Source of the DNA: Sedimentisphaerales bacterium
GTDB taxonomy: Bacteria; Planctomycetota; Phycisphaerae; Sedimentisphaerales; Anaerobacaceae
Length of the DNA: 64,000 nucleotides
Assembly: GCA_040772485.1 (NCBI GenBank)
Contig: JAXGYC010000007.1
Span: forward strand, 736,001-800,000
Direction: 5' to 3'
Below the pieces are notes generated by a model. That model searched no databases. It saw only the letters and a program-made list of their open reading frames with translations, and had not been told where the DNA came from. Positions within the stretch are counted from its first letter, which is position 1, and each line of letters opens with the position of its first letter. Positions 17,969-27,560 of the stretch are shown here, in pieces. The position numbers and the translations under genes were made by a program.

Positions 17969-19705
17969 TCACGATTCGCCGCCGGCGGAGGCGTCCACGG
18001 CCGTGATGCGCAGAATCTCCTCGATCGACACGATCCCTGCCTTGACCTTCTCGATGCCGTCGAAGTGCAGCGGGGTCATGCCTTTGGCCAGGGCGATCGC
18101 CCGGAGCTTCTTGGCGCTGACGCGTTCGTTGATCATCTCCATCATCTCGTCGTCCGGGACGAGCAACTCGTGAATGGCGATTCGCCCGACATACCCGGTG
18201 TTGCGACACTTCCTGCACCCCACGCCCCGATAGAACTTGCAGGTCTCGCCGCCCTGGGCCTGGACGGACCTCTTCAGACTGGGCGACGGATCGTATTCCG
18301 TCTTGCAGTTCGAGCAGATCTTGCGGACCAGCCGCTGCGCCAGCACGCCCTTGAGGGAGGCGCTCACCAGGTACGGAGCCACCCCGAGATCGAGCAGGCG
18401 GGTCACCGCGCCCGGCGCATCGTTCGTGTGCAACGTGGACAACACCAGGTGCCCGGTCAATGCGGCCTGGACGGCGATGTTGGCCGTGGCCTGATCGCGA
18501 ATCTCGCCGACCATGATGATGTCGGGGTCTTGTCGCAACAGGCTGCGCAGGGCGGTGGAGAATTCGAAACCCACCGCGGTGTTGACCTGGAACTGATTGA
18601 TGCCGGAGATGTTGCACTCCACGGGGTCTTCCACGGTGCAGATGTTCACCTCTTCGCTGTTCAATTCGGACAGCGCCGCGTACAGCGTGGTGTTCTTGCC
18701 CGACCCGGTCGGACCGGTAACGAGAACGATGCCGTTGGGCACCTGAATGATCTGGCGAAAACGCAGCAGGTTGTCGTACGTGAAACCGAGCGACTCCAGG
18801 TTGTAGAGGATCTTCTGCGGATCGATAATCCGAATGACGACCTTCTCTCCAAAATTGCCCGGCATGACGGAGACGCGCAAATCGATCGGGCGGCCTTCCA
18901 CCAGGACGTGAATGCCTCCGTCCTGCGGAAGACGTCGCTGCGCGATGTCCAGCTCGGCCATGATCTTGATTCGGGAGACGACGGCGGCGTGCATCTGGTG
19001 CGGCGGACGCATCTTCTCGTAGAGCTTGCCGTCGACGCGATACCGGACGCGCAGCCGCTTTTCGTCGCACTCGATGTGGATGTCGCTGGCGTTCTCACGG
19101 ACGGCGTTGTACAGCAGGTAGTTGACCAGCTTGACCACCGGCGACTGGCCGGCCACCTCCTCGAGATTGCTGATGTCCTGCGTGATGCTCTCGATGAGGG
19201 TGAATTCCTCCAGCCCCTCCTCGTCGATGATGTCGTCAATCACGAAGACATTCGCCGCCGGCAGATACGACTGTAGCGTGGCCCGAATGTCCTTGGCGGT
19301 CGAGCAGACCACCCGAACGCGGCACCCGCTGATCCGCTCGATTTCGTCGATCAGAAAGACGTTCGTCGGCTCGTTGACCGCCACGGTCAGGACATCATGA
19401 ACCTTGAACAGAGGCAGGACGATGTGCGCTTCGAGGAACTCCCGCGGCAGCAGTTCCACGGTCTTAGGGTCGCACAGCTTCGGGCTGACCTGCGCATAGG
19501 GGACCCCGTAGGCTTCCGCCAGGGCCGCCGCGATCTGGTTCTCCGTGCAATGGCCCATCTCGACGAGCAACTCGCCGAGAAGCTTGCGATGGCCCTTCTC
19601 CTGCTGTTCGGCCAGGGCCCTGTCGATCTGCTCCTGACTGACCACGCCCCGCGCCAGCAGAAGCTGGCCGAGCTGCATCTTGTTCTCAAGCAGAATCTGA
19701 CTCAT
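17969..19705 (-). CDS. pilB: Type IV filament assembly ATPase (PilB/GspE) with MshEN-like N-terminus
   Basis: ASDIHIE, RVDG, LPQDG, Walker A GPTGSGKNTT, EDPVE, LRQDPDIIMVGEIRD, STLHTN, CxxC...CxxC. Start chosen after GGAGAGG; TTG at 19744 is an alternative. Confidence 0.93.
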   Translation of the reverse strand: MSQILLENKMQLGQLLLARGVVSQEQIDRALAEQQEKGHRKLLGELLVEMGHCTENQIAAALAEAYGVPYAQVSPKLCDPKTVELLPREFLEAHIVLPLFKVHDVLTVAVNEPTNVFLIDEIERISGCRVRVVCSTAKDIRATLQSYLPAANVFVIDDIIDEEGLEEFTLIESITQDISNLEEVAGQSPVVKLVNYLLYNAVRENASDIHIECDEKRLRVRYRVDGKLYEKMRPPHQMHAAVVSRIKIMAELDIAQRRLPQDGGIHVLVEGRPIDLRVSVMPGNFGEKVVIRIIDPQKILYNLESLGFTYDNLLRFRQIIQVPNGIVLVTGPTGSGKNTTLYAALSELNSEEVNICTVEDPVECNISGINQFQVNTAVGFEFSTALRSLLRQDPDIIMVGEIRDQATANIAVQAALTGHLVLSTLHTNDAPGAVTRLLDLGVAPYLVSASLKGVLAQRLVRKICSNCKTEYDPSPSLKRSVQAQGGETCKFYRGVGCRKCRNTGYVGRIAIHELLVPDDEMMEMINERVSAKKLRAIALAKGMTPLHFDGIEKVKAGIVSIEEILRITAVDASAGGES

Positions 19706-19736
19706 ACCCCGCCTCTCCACATCGTGTCCGGCACGC

Positions 19737-20072
19737 TCAGGCAAAGCTCCGGACCGCTTCGGCCAGTTCCGCGTGACGATCGAATTCGGTCTGAAGGCCG
19801 GTAATCTCGAGAATCTTCTCGAGGGTTTCGTCCAGCCCGGCCAGCTTGAGTTGCGTGCGGTTCTGACGGCAATACTGCCGCACCCACAGCAGCAGTTCCA
19901 GCCCCTGGCTGTCCACCCCGTTAACGTTGCTCATATCGACCACGATCCGCGTGCGTCCCGCGGCCGTCGTCTCCGTCACCGTGTCCTTCAGTGATGCCGC
20001 GATGTCCCCATCGAGTTCGCCCTGCAACTCGATGACCGTGACATCGTTGTAGTTCTGCCTGTTGATCTTCAT
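19737..20072 (-). CDS. STAS domain protein (anti-sigma antagonist-like)
   Basis: LQGELD, IVVDMSNVNGVDSQGL (conserved Ser), ILEITGL; ATGA overlap with the HD-GYP stop. Confidence 0.9.
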   Translation of the reverse strand: MKINRQNYNDVTVIELQGELDGDIAASLKDTVTETTAAGRTRIVVDMSNVNGVDSQGLELLLWVRQYCRQNRTQLKLAGLDETLEKILEITGLQTEFDRHAELAEAVRSFA

Positions 20073-21778
20073 CGCAACAACGTCCCTATCGCCGTAGTCC
20101 CATACTCGAAGACATGTCCCCCGTCGTACGTCGAGGGGCCGTTCCCCTGGATCAGATCCCACAGATGGTAGATGTCACTCTCGAGAAAGATGGTCCCGAT
20201 CTTCTCGTCGAACTGCGTCCCCAGACCCTTACGGATTTCCTCCAACGCGCAATCCACGGTCATGGCGTCGCGGTAGACCCGCTTGGACGTCATCGCGTCG
20301 AAGCTGTCAGCCAGGCCGAGAATCTTGGCCATGAGCGAGATTTGGTCACCGACGAGGCCGGCGGGATAGCCATTTCCGTCCACACGTTCATGGTGCTGAA
20401 GCACGCCGGGAACGATGTCGCGCATTTGTTTGATGCCGCGGAGAATCCCGGCCCCTACCGACGGATGACGCTGGATGATCTGGCGCTCCTCGGGCGTGAG
20501 CCTGCCGTTCTTGCGGAGCACGTTCTCGTCCACGCCGATCTTGCCGATGTCGTGCAGGAGGCCCGCCAGGTAGATTCGATGGATCTGCTCGTCGTCGAGC
20601 GGCTCCCGTTCCGCGACGCGTTCCGCCAGCCATCTCGAAATGATGGCCACCCGCTCGGAGTGTCCACGGGTGTATTGGTCCTTGGCGTCGATGCTGTCCG
20701 TCAGGGCCTTCAAGGAACCAAGGAAGAGTTCCTTGAGATCGTTGAAGAGACGTCCGTTTTCGATGAACACGGCGCAGCCGCTCGCCACGGAGCCGAAGAG
20801 CTTCATGTCCGTGCTGTCGAAATCGGGCTTGTCGATGCGGTTGACCGCGACCATGTATCCGATGATCGTCACAGCGTTCTCGTCGCGCGCCGCCCGTCGC
20901 GAATGCTGCGGCTCCTTGGCGCACAGCGGCACGGCGATGACGTTGCGAATGCTCGCCGGCCACTCATACCGGAACGGCGTATCGACATCGCTGTCCAGGA
21001 GCGCTTCCTGCCCGCGGCGGATCTCTTCCGTCAGACGACTGTGCAGCAAGGCCGTCATGCGCGCGTCCAGATCGATCAGACCCGACCCGGCCGCCACCAT
21101 GAATCGTTTTTCCCCCTCCACGATCCGCTCCAGCACGACGGCAATCCCTTCAACGAGAACGATGTCCGTCAGGCTGTCACAGGCCAACTGGAGGAACGTA
21201 CTGTCGGATTCGGTTAGCTTCATGTGCGTGCTGATCTTGTGCAGCAGCACCAGCTCCTCATACACCTGGGCCAGCTCCGTGCCCATCTTCTCCATCTGTT
21301 CGTCGCTGCGCGCGGACATCTGCAGATTCTGCGCCGCCAGCCGCAGCATCTCACCGAGGCACGCTGCCGATAGGGACGAATCCCCGGTTCCGCCCTCTTG
21401 CGCCGGGTCAGACGGCCGCTCGACGCGAGCCTCCGGGCCTTGATCGGCCACGATCACGCCGGCCAGCCGGTGTTCAGCGGTTGCCACACGAGGCAAACAC
21501 AACGGGACCGCCAGCAGCGTGCCCGCGTCGCAGAACTGCCACACGCGGCCCTCGCAGCTCTCGGCCGTGTGCCTGCCCAAGGCTTGCGAGACGGCGCGGG
21601 CCGCCTCTACAATCGCCTCCGTGTCGCTGTCGAACTGCCCGGCGTTGTGCAGAACCACAATGCCGCCGCTGGGGTCTACCACGGCGAGATTCACGCCAAA
21701 CCGCCCGATACGCTCCCCGAATCGCTCCAGATCGCGTCGTTGCTGGCAGGTCAGTCCTGGTGTCGTCGTATTCGGCAT
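20069..21778 (-). CDS. GAF + HD-GYP cyclic-dinucleotide phosphodiesterase
   Basis: DAKDQYTRGHSERV, LLHDIGKIG, HHERVDGNGYP, ADSFDAMTSKRVYR; upstream GAF-like IAVPL...VNR...FDSTD. Confidence 0.92.
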   Translation of the reverse strand: MPNTTTPGLTCQQRRDLERFGERIGRFGVNLAVVDPSGGIVVLHNAGQFDSDTEAIVEAARAVSQALGRHTAESCEGRVWQFCDAGTLLAVPLCLPRVATAEHRLAGVIVADQGPEARVERPSDPAQEGGTGDSSLSAACLGEMLRLAAQNLQMSARSDEQMEKMGTELAQVYEELVLLHKISTHMKLTESDSTFLQLACDSLTDIVLVEGIAVVLERIVEGEKRFMVAAGSGLIDLDARMTALLHSRLTEEIRRGQEALLDSDVDTPFRYEWPASIRNVIAVPLCAKEPQHSRRAARDENAVTIIGYMVAVNRIDKPDFDSTDMKLFGSVASGCAVFIENGRLFNDLKELFLGSLKALTDSIDAKDQYTRGHSERVAIISRWLAERVAEREPLDDEQIHRIYLAGLLHDIGKIGVDENVLRKNGRLTPEERQIIQRHPSVGAGILRGIKQMRDIVPGVLQHHERVDGNGYPAGLVGDQISLMAKILGLADSFDAMTSKRVYRDAMTVDCALEEIRKGLGTQFDEKIGTIFLESDIYHLWDLIQGNGPSTYDGGHVFEYGTTAIGTLLR

Positions 21779-21831
21779 GGCCCTCTCAAGATCCTTCAGA
21801 ACAGGCAGTGCTCCGGCAATCGTCTTCGGGG

Positions 21832-22224
21832 TCAGTTCTTCACCGCCACCGCACGCTGATAGAGTATGTCCTCGATGGTCTTGAGCAACTCCTTGGGGCT
21901 GAACGGTTTGCTCAGGCACTCCTGCACGCCGAGCGAGTCCTGCATCTCCTGCGTGATCGCGAAGCTGCGCGCCGTCAGCAGGATCGTCGGAATGTGCATG
22001 GTGGCCTCGTTCTTCCGCAGCTTCTCGATCAGTTCGATTCCCGTGACGAACGGCATCTGATAATCGGTCACGACGATGTCGGGGTGCTCGCTGCACGCGA
22101 GTTCATACGCCTCGGCGCCGTTGTTGGCCGCAATCACCTCGTACCCGTTGTTGCGCAACTTGATCGCGACGACGTGAATAATGTGAATCTCATCATCCGC
22201 AATCAGCACCTTCTTGCCTGTCAT
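21832..22224 (-). CDS. Single-domain response regulator (receiver)
   Basis: LIADDE, VVTDYQMP, LLTA, KPF. Confidence 0.92.
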   Translation of the reverse strand: MTGKKVLIADDEIHIIHVVAIKLRNNGYEVIAANNGAEAYELACSEHPDIVVTDYQMPFVTGIELIEKLRKNEATMHIPTILLTARSFAITQEMQDSLGVQECLSKPFSPKELLKTIEDILYQRAVAVKN

Positions 22225-22286
22225 CTTCATCCACTCCAAAACTGGGTTTCAGGAATCCCCCCCGTGAAGAGGCGCGAACTCCCCCA

Positions 22287-23735
22287 TTATCGGGCCGTGC
22301 CCGCCGGCTCGGCCGCCGCCAGAGGCAGTTCGAATCCGAACGTGCTTCCGACGCCCACCTCGCTCGTAACGAACACACGACCGTCGTGTACTTTCTCGAC
22401 GATTTGCTTGACGAGGTTCAGGCCAAGACCGGTCCCGCTGGCCTGCTTGTTGTTGGCGCGCACGCGATAGAACTTGTCGAACACGTGAGCGACCTCGTCG
22501 GCGGGAATGCCGACGCCGGTATCCGTAACGGTGACGCGGACCACCTCCTCCGTCTCGTTCACCTCCGTCTGGATCCGCACGGTCCCGCCGGGCGGAGTGT
22601 ACTTGACCGCATTGCTCAGCAGGTTCACGATCACCTGTGAGATCATGTCCTTGTCGGCCAGAACCTGGTCGTATACGATAGGGTTCTGTCCGACGACCGT
22701 GATCTTCTTCTCTTCCGCGAATCCCCGGATCATCTGCATCTGCTGCTCGATCAGAATCGTCAGACTGACCGGCTCTTTCTGGACCTTGATCAGTCCCGAC
22801 TCGATTCGTGACACGTTGAGAATGTCCTCAATCAGGCGGTTGAGCCGCTGCGCCTGAGTCTGAATGATCTCGTAGAATTCCTTGCGCGTCTGCTCGTCGT
22901 CCGCCTCTCCGTCGGCCAGCATCTCGGAGTAGGCCGTGATGGATGCCAGCGGCGTCTTCAACTCATGCGAGACGTGACTGACGAAATCGTTCTTCATCTG
23001 CGAGACTTCCTTCTCTCGCGTAATGTCATGCAACACCGCGACCACACCCGAGACCTGGTTTCGCTCGAAGACACAGGAGACAATCGTGTCGAACGTGTGC
23101 GGACCATCGGGCCGGGCGAACTGCATCTCTCGGCGCGTCGCCTCCGTGGCGCTCTGCCGGCTGGACTGAATCAACTGGACGAAATCCTTGTGTCCCGGGT
23201 GGATGCTCTCGGCGAGCGGTTTGTGGCGCGCCTGCCCCGGGTCAAACCCGAAGAGCCGGGCGGCGGCCGCGTTCGCCATCAGCAGCCGGTCCGCCTCGTC
23301 CACCACCACCACGGCGTCGCGCAGGCTGTAGATAATGGCCTCGGTGTGCTGCTTCTGTCGATCGGCAAGCTGCGATCGAATGCGGAGGTCGGTAAGCTCG
23401 GTCTCCAGCGTGCGAAGAGCCTCCTGCCCTTCCCGGAGGCGTGTCTGAACGGCCTGGGCCGCCCGCTCAATCGCCTGGAGATCCATCAGGCCGGCCGGGT
23501 CGCCGGAAAGCTGCCGGGCTATGGACGCGACCGTCCCGGCCAGCCGATGATAGGCCAGACCCAGGAAGATCACGCCCACAGCCCCGATGCAGCAGGCAAT
23601 AAGACGCCACGCAACGAGATGGTTGCGCCACCCTACTCCGATGCCAGAATGGAAAAGCCCAGTCAGGGCCGCGATGCACAGCGAGGCCATCACCATGGCA
23701 ACCGCGGCCCAGACTAAGCGTCTTTGGCGTCTCAC
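22287..23735 (-). CDS. Membrane PAS-domain sensor histidine kinase
   Basis: Two close TM helices, coiled coil, PAS ending in HDIT, SHELKTPL, NLLSNAVKY, DTGVG, GTGLGL. Confidence 0.92.
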   Translation of the reverse strand: MRRQRRLVWAAVAMVMASLCIAALTGLFHSGIGVGWRNHLVAWRLIACCIGAVGVIFLGLAYHRLAGTVASIARQLSGDPAGLMDLQAIERAAQAVQTRLREGQEALRTLETELTDLRIRSQLADRQKQHTEAIIYSLRDAVVVVDEADRLLMANAAAARLFGFDPGQARHKPLAESIHPGHKDFVQLIQSSRQSATEATRREMQFARPDGPHTFDTIVSCVFERNQVSGVVAVLHDITREKEVSQMKNDFVSHVSHELKTPLASITAYSEMLADGEADDEQTRKEFYEIIQTQAQRLNRLIEDILNVSRIESGLIKVQKEPVSLTILIEQQMQMIRGFAEEKKITVVGQNPIVYDQVLADKDMISQVIVNLLSNAVKYTPPGGTVRIQTEVNETEEVVRVTVTDTGVGIPADEVAHVFDKFYRVRANNKQASGTGLGLNLVKQIVEKVHDGRVFVTSEVGVGSTFGFELPLAAAEPAGTAR

Positions 23736-23792
23736 AACAACTCCTCCGAACCCGTGAACTACGGGTGTAACGTCCGATCATGGAAGCACGCG

Positions 23793-25556
23793 TTAGCGTC
23801 TCTTCCAGTTTTTGGCCTCTTGCTGATCGATCGCCTGTTGAACGATACTGTCGATCCGCTCGAGCTCCTCAGGATCGGTTTCGACGATAATCCGTTCCCT
23901 CAGCCGCAGTGCCTCCAGATACGACGGACGCATCATCAGCGCCATCTTGACGTTGTACACGGCGCTGTCGACATCGCCTTCGAGGTAGTATTTGGCCGCT
24001 CGGGCGTAAGCGTCCTCGGCCATGCGGGCGCGATCGAGGCCCTGCATGTTATGCTTGGCGCCGTCCATCTTCAGCCGGATGTCATCGGCACGATCTGCCG
24101 CACCCGTCTCCGAAGGCTCTTCGATGATGTGAGGCGTCAGCAAAATGATCACTTCTTCGCGCAGCGAGGTGTCATCGGTGCCCCGGAAAGCGGCTCCGAT
24201 GATCGGCAGACTCCCCAGCAAAGGAACTTGCGAGCGAGTCGCCGTGATACTGTCGCGGAACAGACCGCCGAGAATCACGGTTTCCCCGTCTTTGACGATG
24301 ACGTTGGTCCGCAACTCCGTGGTGGTTTCGTCCGGAATTCCCTGGGCGTTCAGGCTGCCGTCACTGTCTTTCGGATAGATGTCCATCCGGATGTAGCCGT
24401 CGCTGCCGATGTACGGCCGGAAGATCAACTGCGTACCGGTATTCAAGAAGGCCACCGACTGCGTGGTCGAGGTCTGGGTCTGGGTCGTCTGGTCCAGATA
24501 GCCCAGCTTCTTACCGATCAGCACAGAGCCTTCCTGCTTGTTGACCGCCAGGATCTTCGGATTGGCCAGCAGCGTCGTGTCCGTGACTTCTTCCAGTGCC
24601 GTGATGATGGCCTGGACGTTGTCGGACGAGAATCCGACGCGCAGGCCACCGGACGCGCTGGGAACCCTAAAACCACTGGTTTCCCACGGCGTGCCCTGCC
24701 CCCCGACAATGTTCGCCGGAAAACCGGTGACGGCCACGCCACTCAACAGGTTCCAGTCCACGCCGAACTGCGTTTGTTCGGTCAGACGGGCGGCCAGAAT
24801 GGTCGCTTCGACCAGGACCTGCTTCGGCCGAATGTCGACTTGCTTGAGGACCGACTCGGCCTTCTCGATGTTCTCCGGGAAGTCGAAGATCACGATCATG
24901 TCGTTGGTGGCCGTGTTGTCACCGCCACCACCGCCACTGAGAGACCCACCACCCGAGCCCGTGCTGCTGGCCTCGGAGATCTTCTCCTCAGCGGCCTGTG
25001 TCTTGGTGATCTGCGCGCTGGCGCTGAGCACCGGGCGGACCAGCTTTTCCGCCTCTTCGGCGGTCGTGTAGTACAGCGTGATCACCTTGTGGACCATCCG
25101 TTCGGGGTCTTCCTTGATCTTCTTGTGCTCGTCCTTGGTGCGAATGTGAATCAGGTTGCCCTCCTGCACCGGGACGAACTTGTCGCCCAGCATGGCCGCC
25201 AGCGCCTGTTCAAACGTCACATCGCGCAGTTCCGGGCAATTCAGTGGACCACTGACACTGGCCGAAGGAACAATGTTCTTGCGGCACAGCTTGGCCAGCA
25301 GACGCAGCCCATCCCGCACATCGCCGTCCTTCTTGAAGGCGATGAACTTGATGATGACTCCATCACCGGAGAAGTCCACCTGCGCCTGATCGGGTTCGAC
25401 GGCCAGGGTGTCCATCGCCGCTTCAGAAGTCGGTGCTGCCGGATCGCTCTCGGCAGCCAGCACCGGTTCGGCCAACAAAGCCAGCACCGCCATAACGCAA
25501 AGCCATCGGCCCCACCGGGCCTCCAAAGGTTTCACTGTTGTTCTGTCGTAATACAT
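23793..25556 (-). CDS. Secretin (PilQ/GspD family) with C-terminal TPR-like tail
   Basis: Signal peptide; DIRPKQVLVEATI, LANPKIL, VKDGETVILGGL, VPLLGSLPIIGAAF, IILLTPHII. Confidence 0.9.
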   Translation of the reverse strand: MYYDRTTVKPLEARWGRWLCVMAVLALLAEPVLAAESDPAAPTSEAAMDTLAVEPDQAQVDFSGDGVIIKFIAFKKDGDVRDGLRLLAKLCRKNIVPSASVSGPLNCPELRDVTFEQALAAMLGDKFVPVQEGNLIHIRTKDEHKKIKEDPERMVHKVITLYYTTAEEAEKLVRPVLSASAQITKTQAAEEKISEASSTGSGGGSLSGGGGGDNTATNDMIVIFDFPENIEKAESVLKQVDIRPKQVLVEATILAARLTEQTQFGVDWNLLSGVAVTGFPANIVGGQGTPWETSGFRVPSASGGLRVGFSSDNVQAIITALEEVTDTTLLANPKILAVNKQEGSVLIGKKLGYLDQTTQTQTSTTQSVAFLNTGTQLIFRPYIGSDGYIRMDIYPKDSDGSLNAQGIPDETTTELRTNVIVKDGETVILGGLFRDSITATRSQVPLLGSLPIIGAAFRGTDDTSLREEVIILLTPHIIEEPSETGAADRADDIRLKMDGAKHNMQGLDRARMAEDAYARAAKYYLEGDVDSAVYNVKMALMMRPSYLEALRLRERIIVETDPEELERIDSIVQQAIDQQEAKNWKRR

Positions 25557-25625
25557 AACGTTACTCCTTTTCTTTCACATCCTGCTTGACCGTACTGATT
25601 TCATTATCGTTCTAAGACAAAATCG

Positions 25626-26234
25626 TCACTTTCTTACGTCGGCGGGCGACGACAGCTTCAACGTCCACTGTCGGTCGCGGCATGTCACAAGCACGGCATC
25701 ATCTTGGATCTGTACTACTTCGAATACGTAGGCGTCGGAACCGTCCGAGAGAGCAATGGTGTCCCCGAGGCGCATCAGTCGGTCATTGACGAGCGCCTGC
25801 GGGTCCGCGCTCCCCACCACGGCCTCCAGCCTGAGACTCTTGGCCAGTTTGTCGATCACGTCATTGGTTCTCTTCGATGCCACTGTTTGCACTTCTGTTT
25901 CAGAACCCGTGCTCTGTGGTTTGGACACACTGGAGAAACGGCTCCAGTCTTGCGTCGTGAAGAAATCTCTGTGGATGCGGTCGTTCCGCCCGGGCTCCAC
26001 CGGCAAATCGACGAGACGCACCTTGGGCTCTTGTCTCTGCGGTTCGTCCGTCTGCCGCGTGGCATCCGGCCCGGCTTCCGCCGCCCGGGGTTTCTGGCCG
26101 ATGAACACGCGGATCCACATCACGGCCATCACGACCACCAGGGCGATCGCGAAGCCCGCCTTCCTGCCGCCTCGGATCAGGTGGCTGGCCATCTGAGACA
26201 CCGGGCCCAATGTGTTGGTCACATTACGCTTCAT
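25626..26234 (-). CDS. Bitopic assembly protein (PilP/GspC-like by position)
   Basis: Single TM, then LRLEAVVG...ALVND...LGDTI...VVQI homology-region-like beta domain; lies between pilO and secretin. Confidence 0.6.
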   Translation of the reverse strand: MKRNVTNTLGPVSQMASHLIRGGRKAGFAIALVVVMAVMWIRVFIGQKPRAAEAGPDATRQTDEPQRQEPKVRLVDLPVEPGRNDRIHRDFFTTQDWSRFSSVSKPQSTGSETEVQTVASKRTNDVIDKLAKSLRLEAVVGSADPQALVNDRLMRLGDTIALSDGSDAYVFEVVQIQDDAVLVTCRDRQWTLKLSSPADVRK

Positions 26235-26838
26235 CGTTCACGGCATCCGTTGTGTTCTGGTTCGCGGACAGACTGGCGTTCTGCGTCTTCCGCGTCCGAT
26301 AAAAGATGACCGCGTCGGCGTCCATGGTCACACTGCCGGTGAAGGCCTTCGCATTGACCAACGTGGTCTTCTCAATTCGCACAAGCCGACCGAGATTCTG
26401 AAGGTCCTGGAAGAACCCGAAGATCCCATTCAGGTTGCCCACACACTTCATGTGGACGGGAATGCAGATCAGGTCATCGGAGATTCGTTCCTGACCGAGA
26501 ACCACATCCTGGTCCGACAGGTTGTTCTTGGTCATGATCTGGGCGATCTGCCCCAGGAACTGCCCCAAGGCGCTCTCGTCAGGAATCCAGTCTTCATAGT
26601 TCCGGATGTACCGATCGGTCTCCCGGAGGCGCTCGGTCAGGGACGGCAGCACGTCGCTGTGCGCCTCGGCGGCAGCGATCAACTGCGTCCGGCGCGTCTT
26701 CGCTTCGACCAGAGATCGGAGTCTTTCACGCGACGGCAGATATCCGTACAGCACAAAGTCCGCCAGGAACAGGCCGCCAATGGCGAAGACCCACAACTGC
26801 TGCCGGCTCAGCCAGGAATTGGATCGTTTCTCACTCAT
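26224..26838 (-). CDS. pilO: PilO-like alignment protein
   Basis: TM + coiled coil + IP...FLGQI...IPVHM...G...FFQDLQNLGRLVRI. Confidence 0.8.
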   Translation of the reverse strand: MSEKRSNSWLSRQQLWVFAIGGLFLADFVLYGYLPSRERLRSLVEAKTRRTQLIAAAEAHSDVLPSLTERLRETDRYIRNYEDWIPDESALGQFLGQIAQIMTKNNLSDQDVVLGQERISDDLICIPVHMKCVGNLNGIFGFFQDLQNLGRLVRIEKTTLVNAKAFTGSVTMDADAVIFYRTRKTQNASLSANQNTTDAVNDEA

Positions 26839-27560
26839 CGCTTGCCTTGTTCCTCGTAGTTGGCCAGGTAGCACGTGATCTCAAACTCCGTGACATTGAC
26901 CGATCGCGCATCGGTCCGCTGGGGCTCGCTCTCATTCGCGCGCGAGGCCGCAGACGCGGCGGTGCCGATCTGCATCGTGTTGTCGCGATACAGCGGGTGA
27001 ACCTGCTGGAAATAGGGGGAATCGTCCAGCCGATGGACCAGGGCCGCGACCTCGGCCGAATCGGCCGCGATTCCCGCCAGGGCCACCCGAAACCGGACCT
27101 TGCCCAGAGAAGCCGCTTTTGCCGGCGGGCGAGAGGCGCTCGCGCTGCGTACCACGGCCGCGTCGCGTTCCGGCGTCCCCTCCTGGACGGCCAAGGGCTC
27201 GGATAGGAACTCCAGGCGGCTCAGGAGCACGCGGTCACTGATGACGTAGCTGATCTCCGCCAGCACCGCCGCCACGTCGATGCGCGCATCGACCTGCTCG
27301 ACCGAAGCCACCTTGGCCCGGCGCGCTTCCAGTTGCTCGGTGACGGCGCCATACTCACGCAGCATGCCCTCGGCCCAGAACCGTCGGTCCTCGAGCCGGG
27401 CCAGGTCCGCATTGGCTCTCGAAATCCTGTGCGTCGCAATCGCGTTGTATGTCACCAGGACCAGAAACAAGACGATCAGCGCGGCATACTGCCGGCGCAT
27501 ATGAAGCCGACGGCGCCTGCCTTCTTTGTGCCATTCTGGAAGAAAGTCGATCTCTTTCAC
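26835..27560 (-). CDS. pilN: PilN-like alignment protein
   Basis: GTG start; IDFLP (variant of the PilM-binding INLLP), TM, coiled coil, LAGIA...LDDSPYF. Confidence 0.8.
   Translation of the reverse strand: MKEIDFLPEWHKEGRRRRLHMRRQYAALIVLFLVLVTYNAIATHRISRANADLARLEDRRFWAEGMLREYGAVTEQLEARRAKVASVEQVDARIDVAAVLAEISYVISDRVLLSRLEFLSEPLAVQEGTPERDAAVVRSASASRPPAKAASLGKVRFRVALAGIAADSAEVAALVHRLDDSPYFQQVHPLYRDNTMQIGTAASAASRANESEPQRTDARSVNVTEFEITCYLANYEEQGKR

Noticed and set aside
20069..22096. 675-aa version of the HD-GYP protein fused to upstream sequence
   Set aside because: The extension overlaps the response regulator in another frame; a start at 21778 fits better.
22325..22342. GTTCGAATCC, a tRNA T-loop-like sequence
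   Set aside because: Inside the histidine kinase CDS with no cloverleaf around it.
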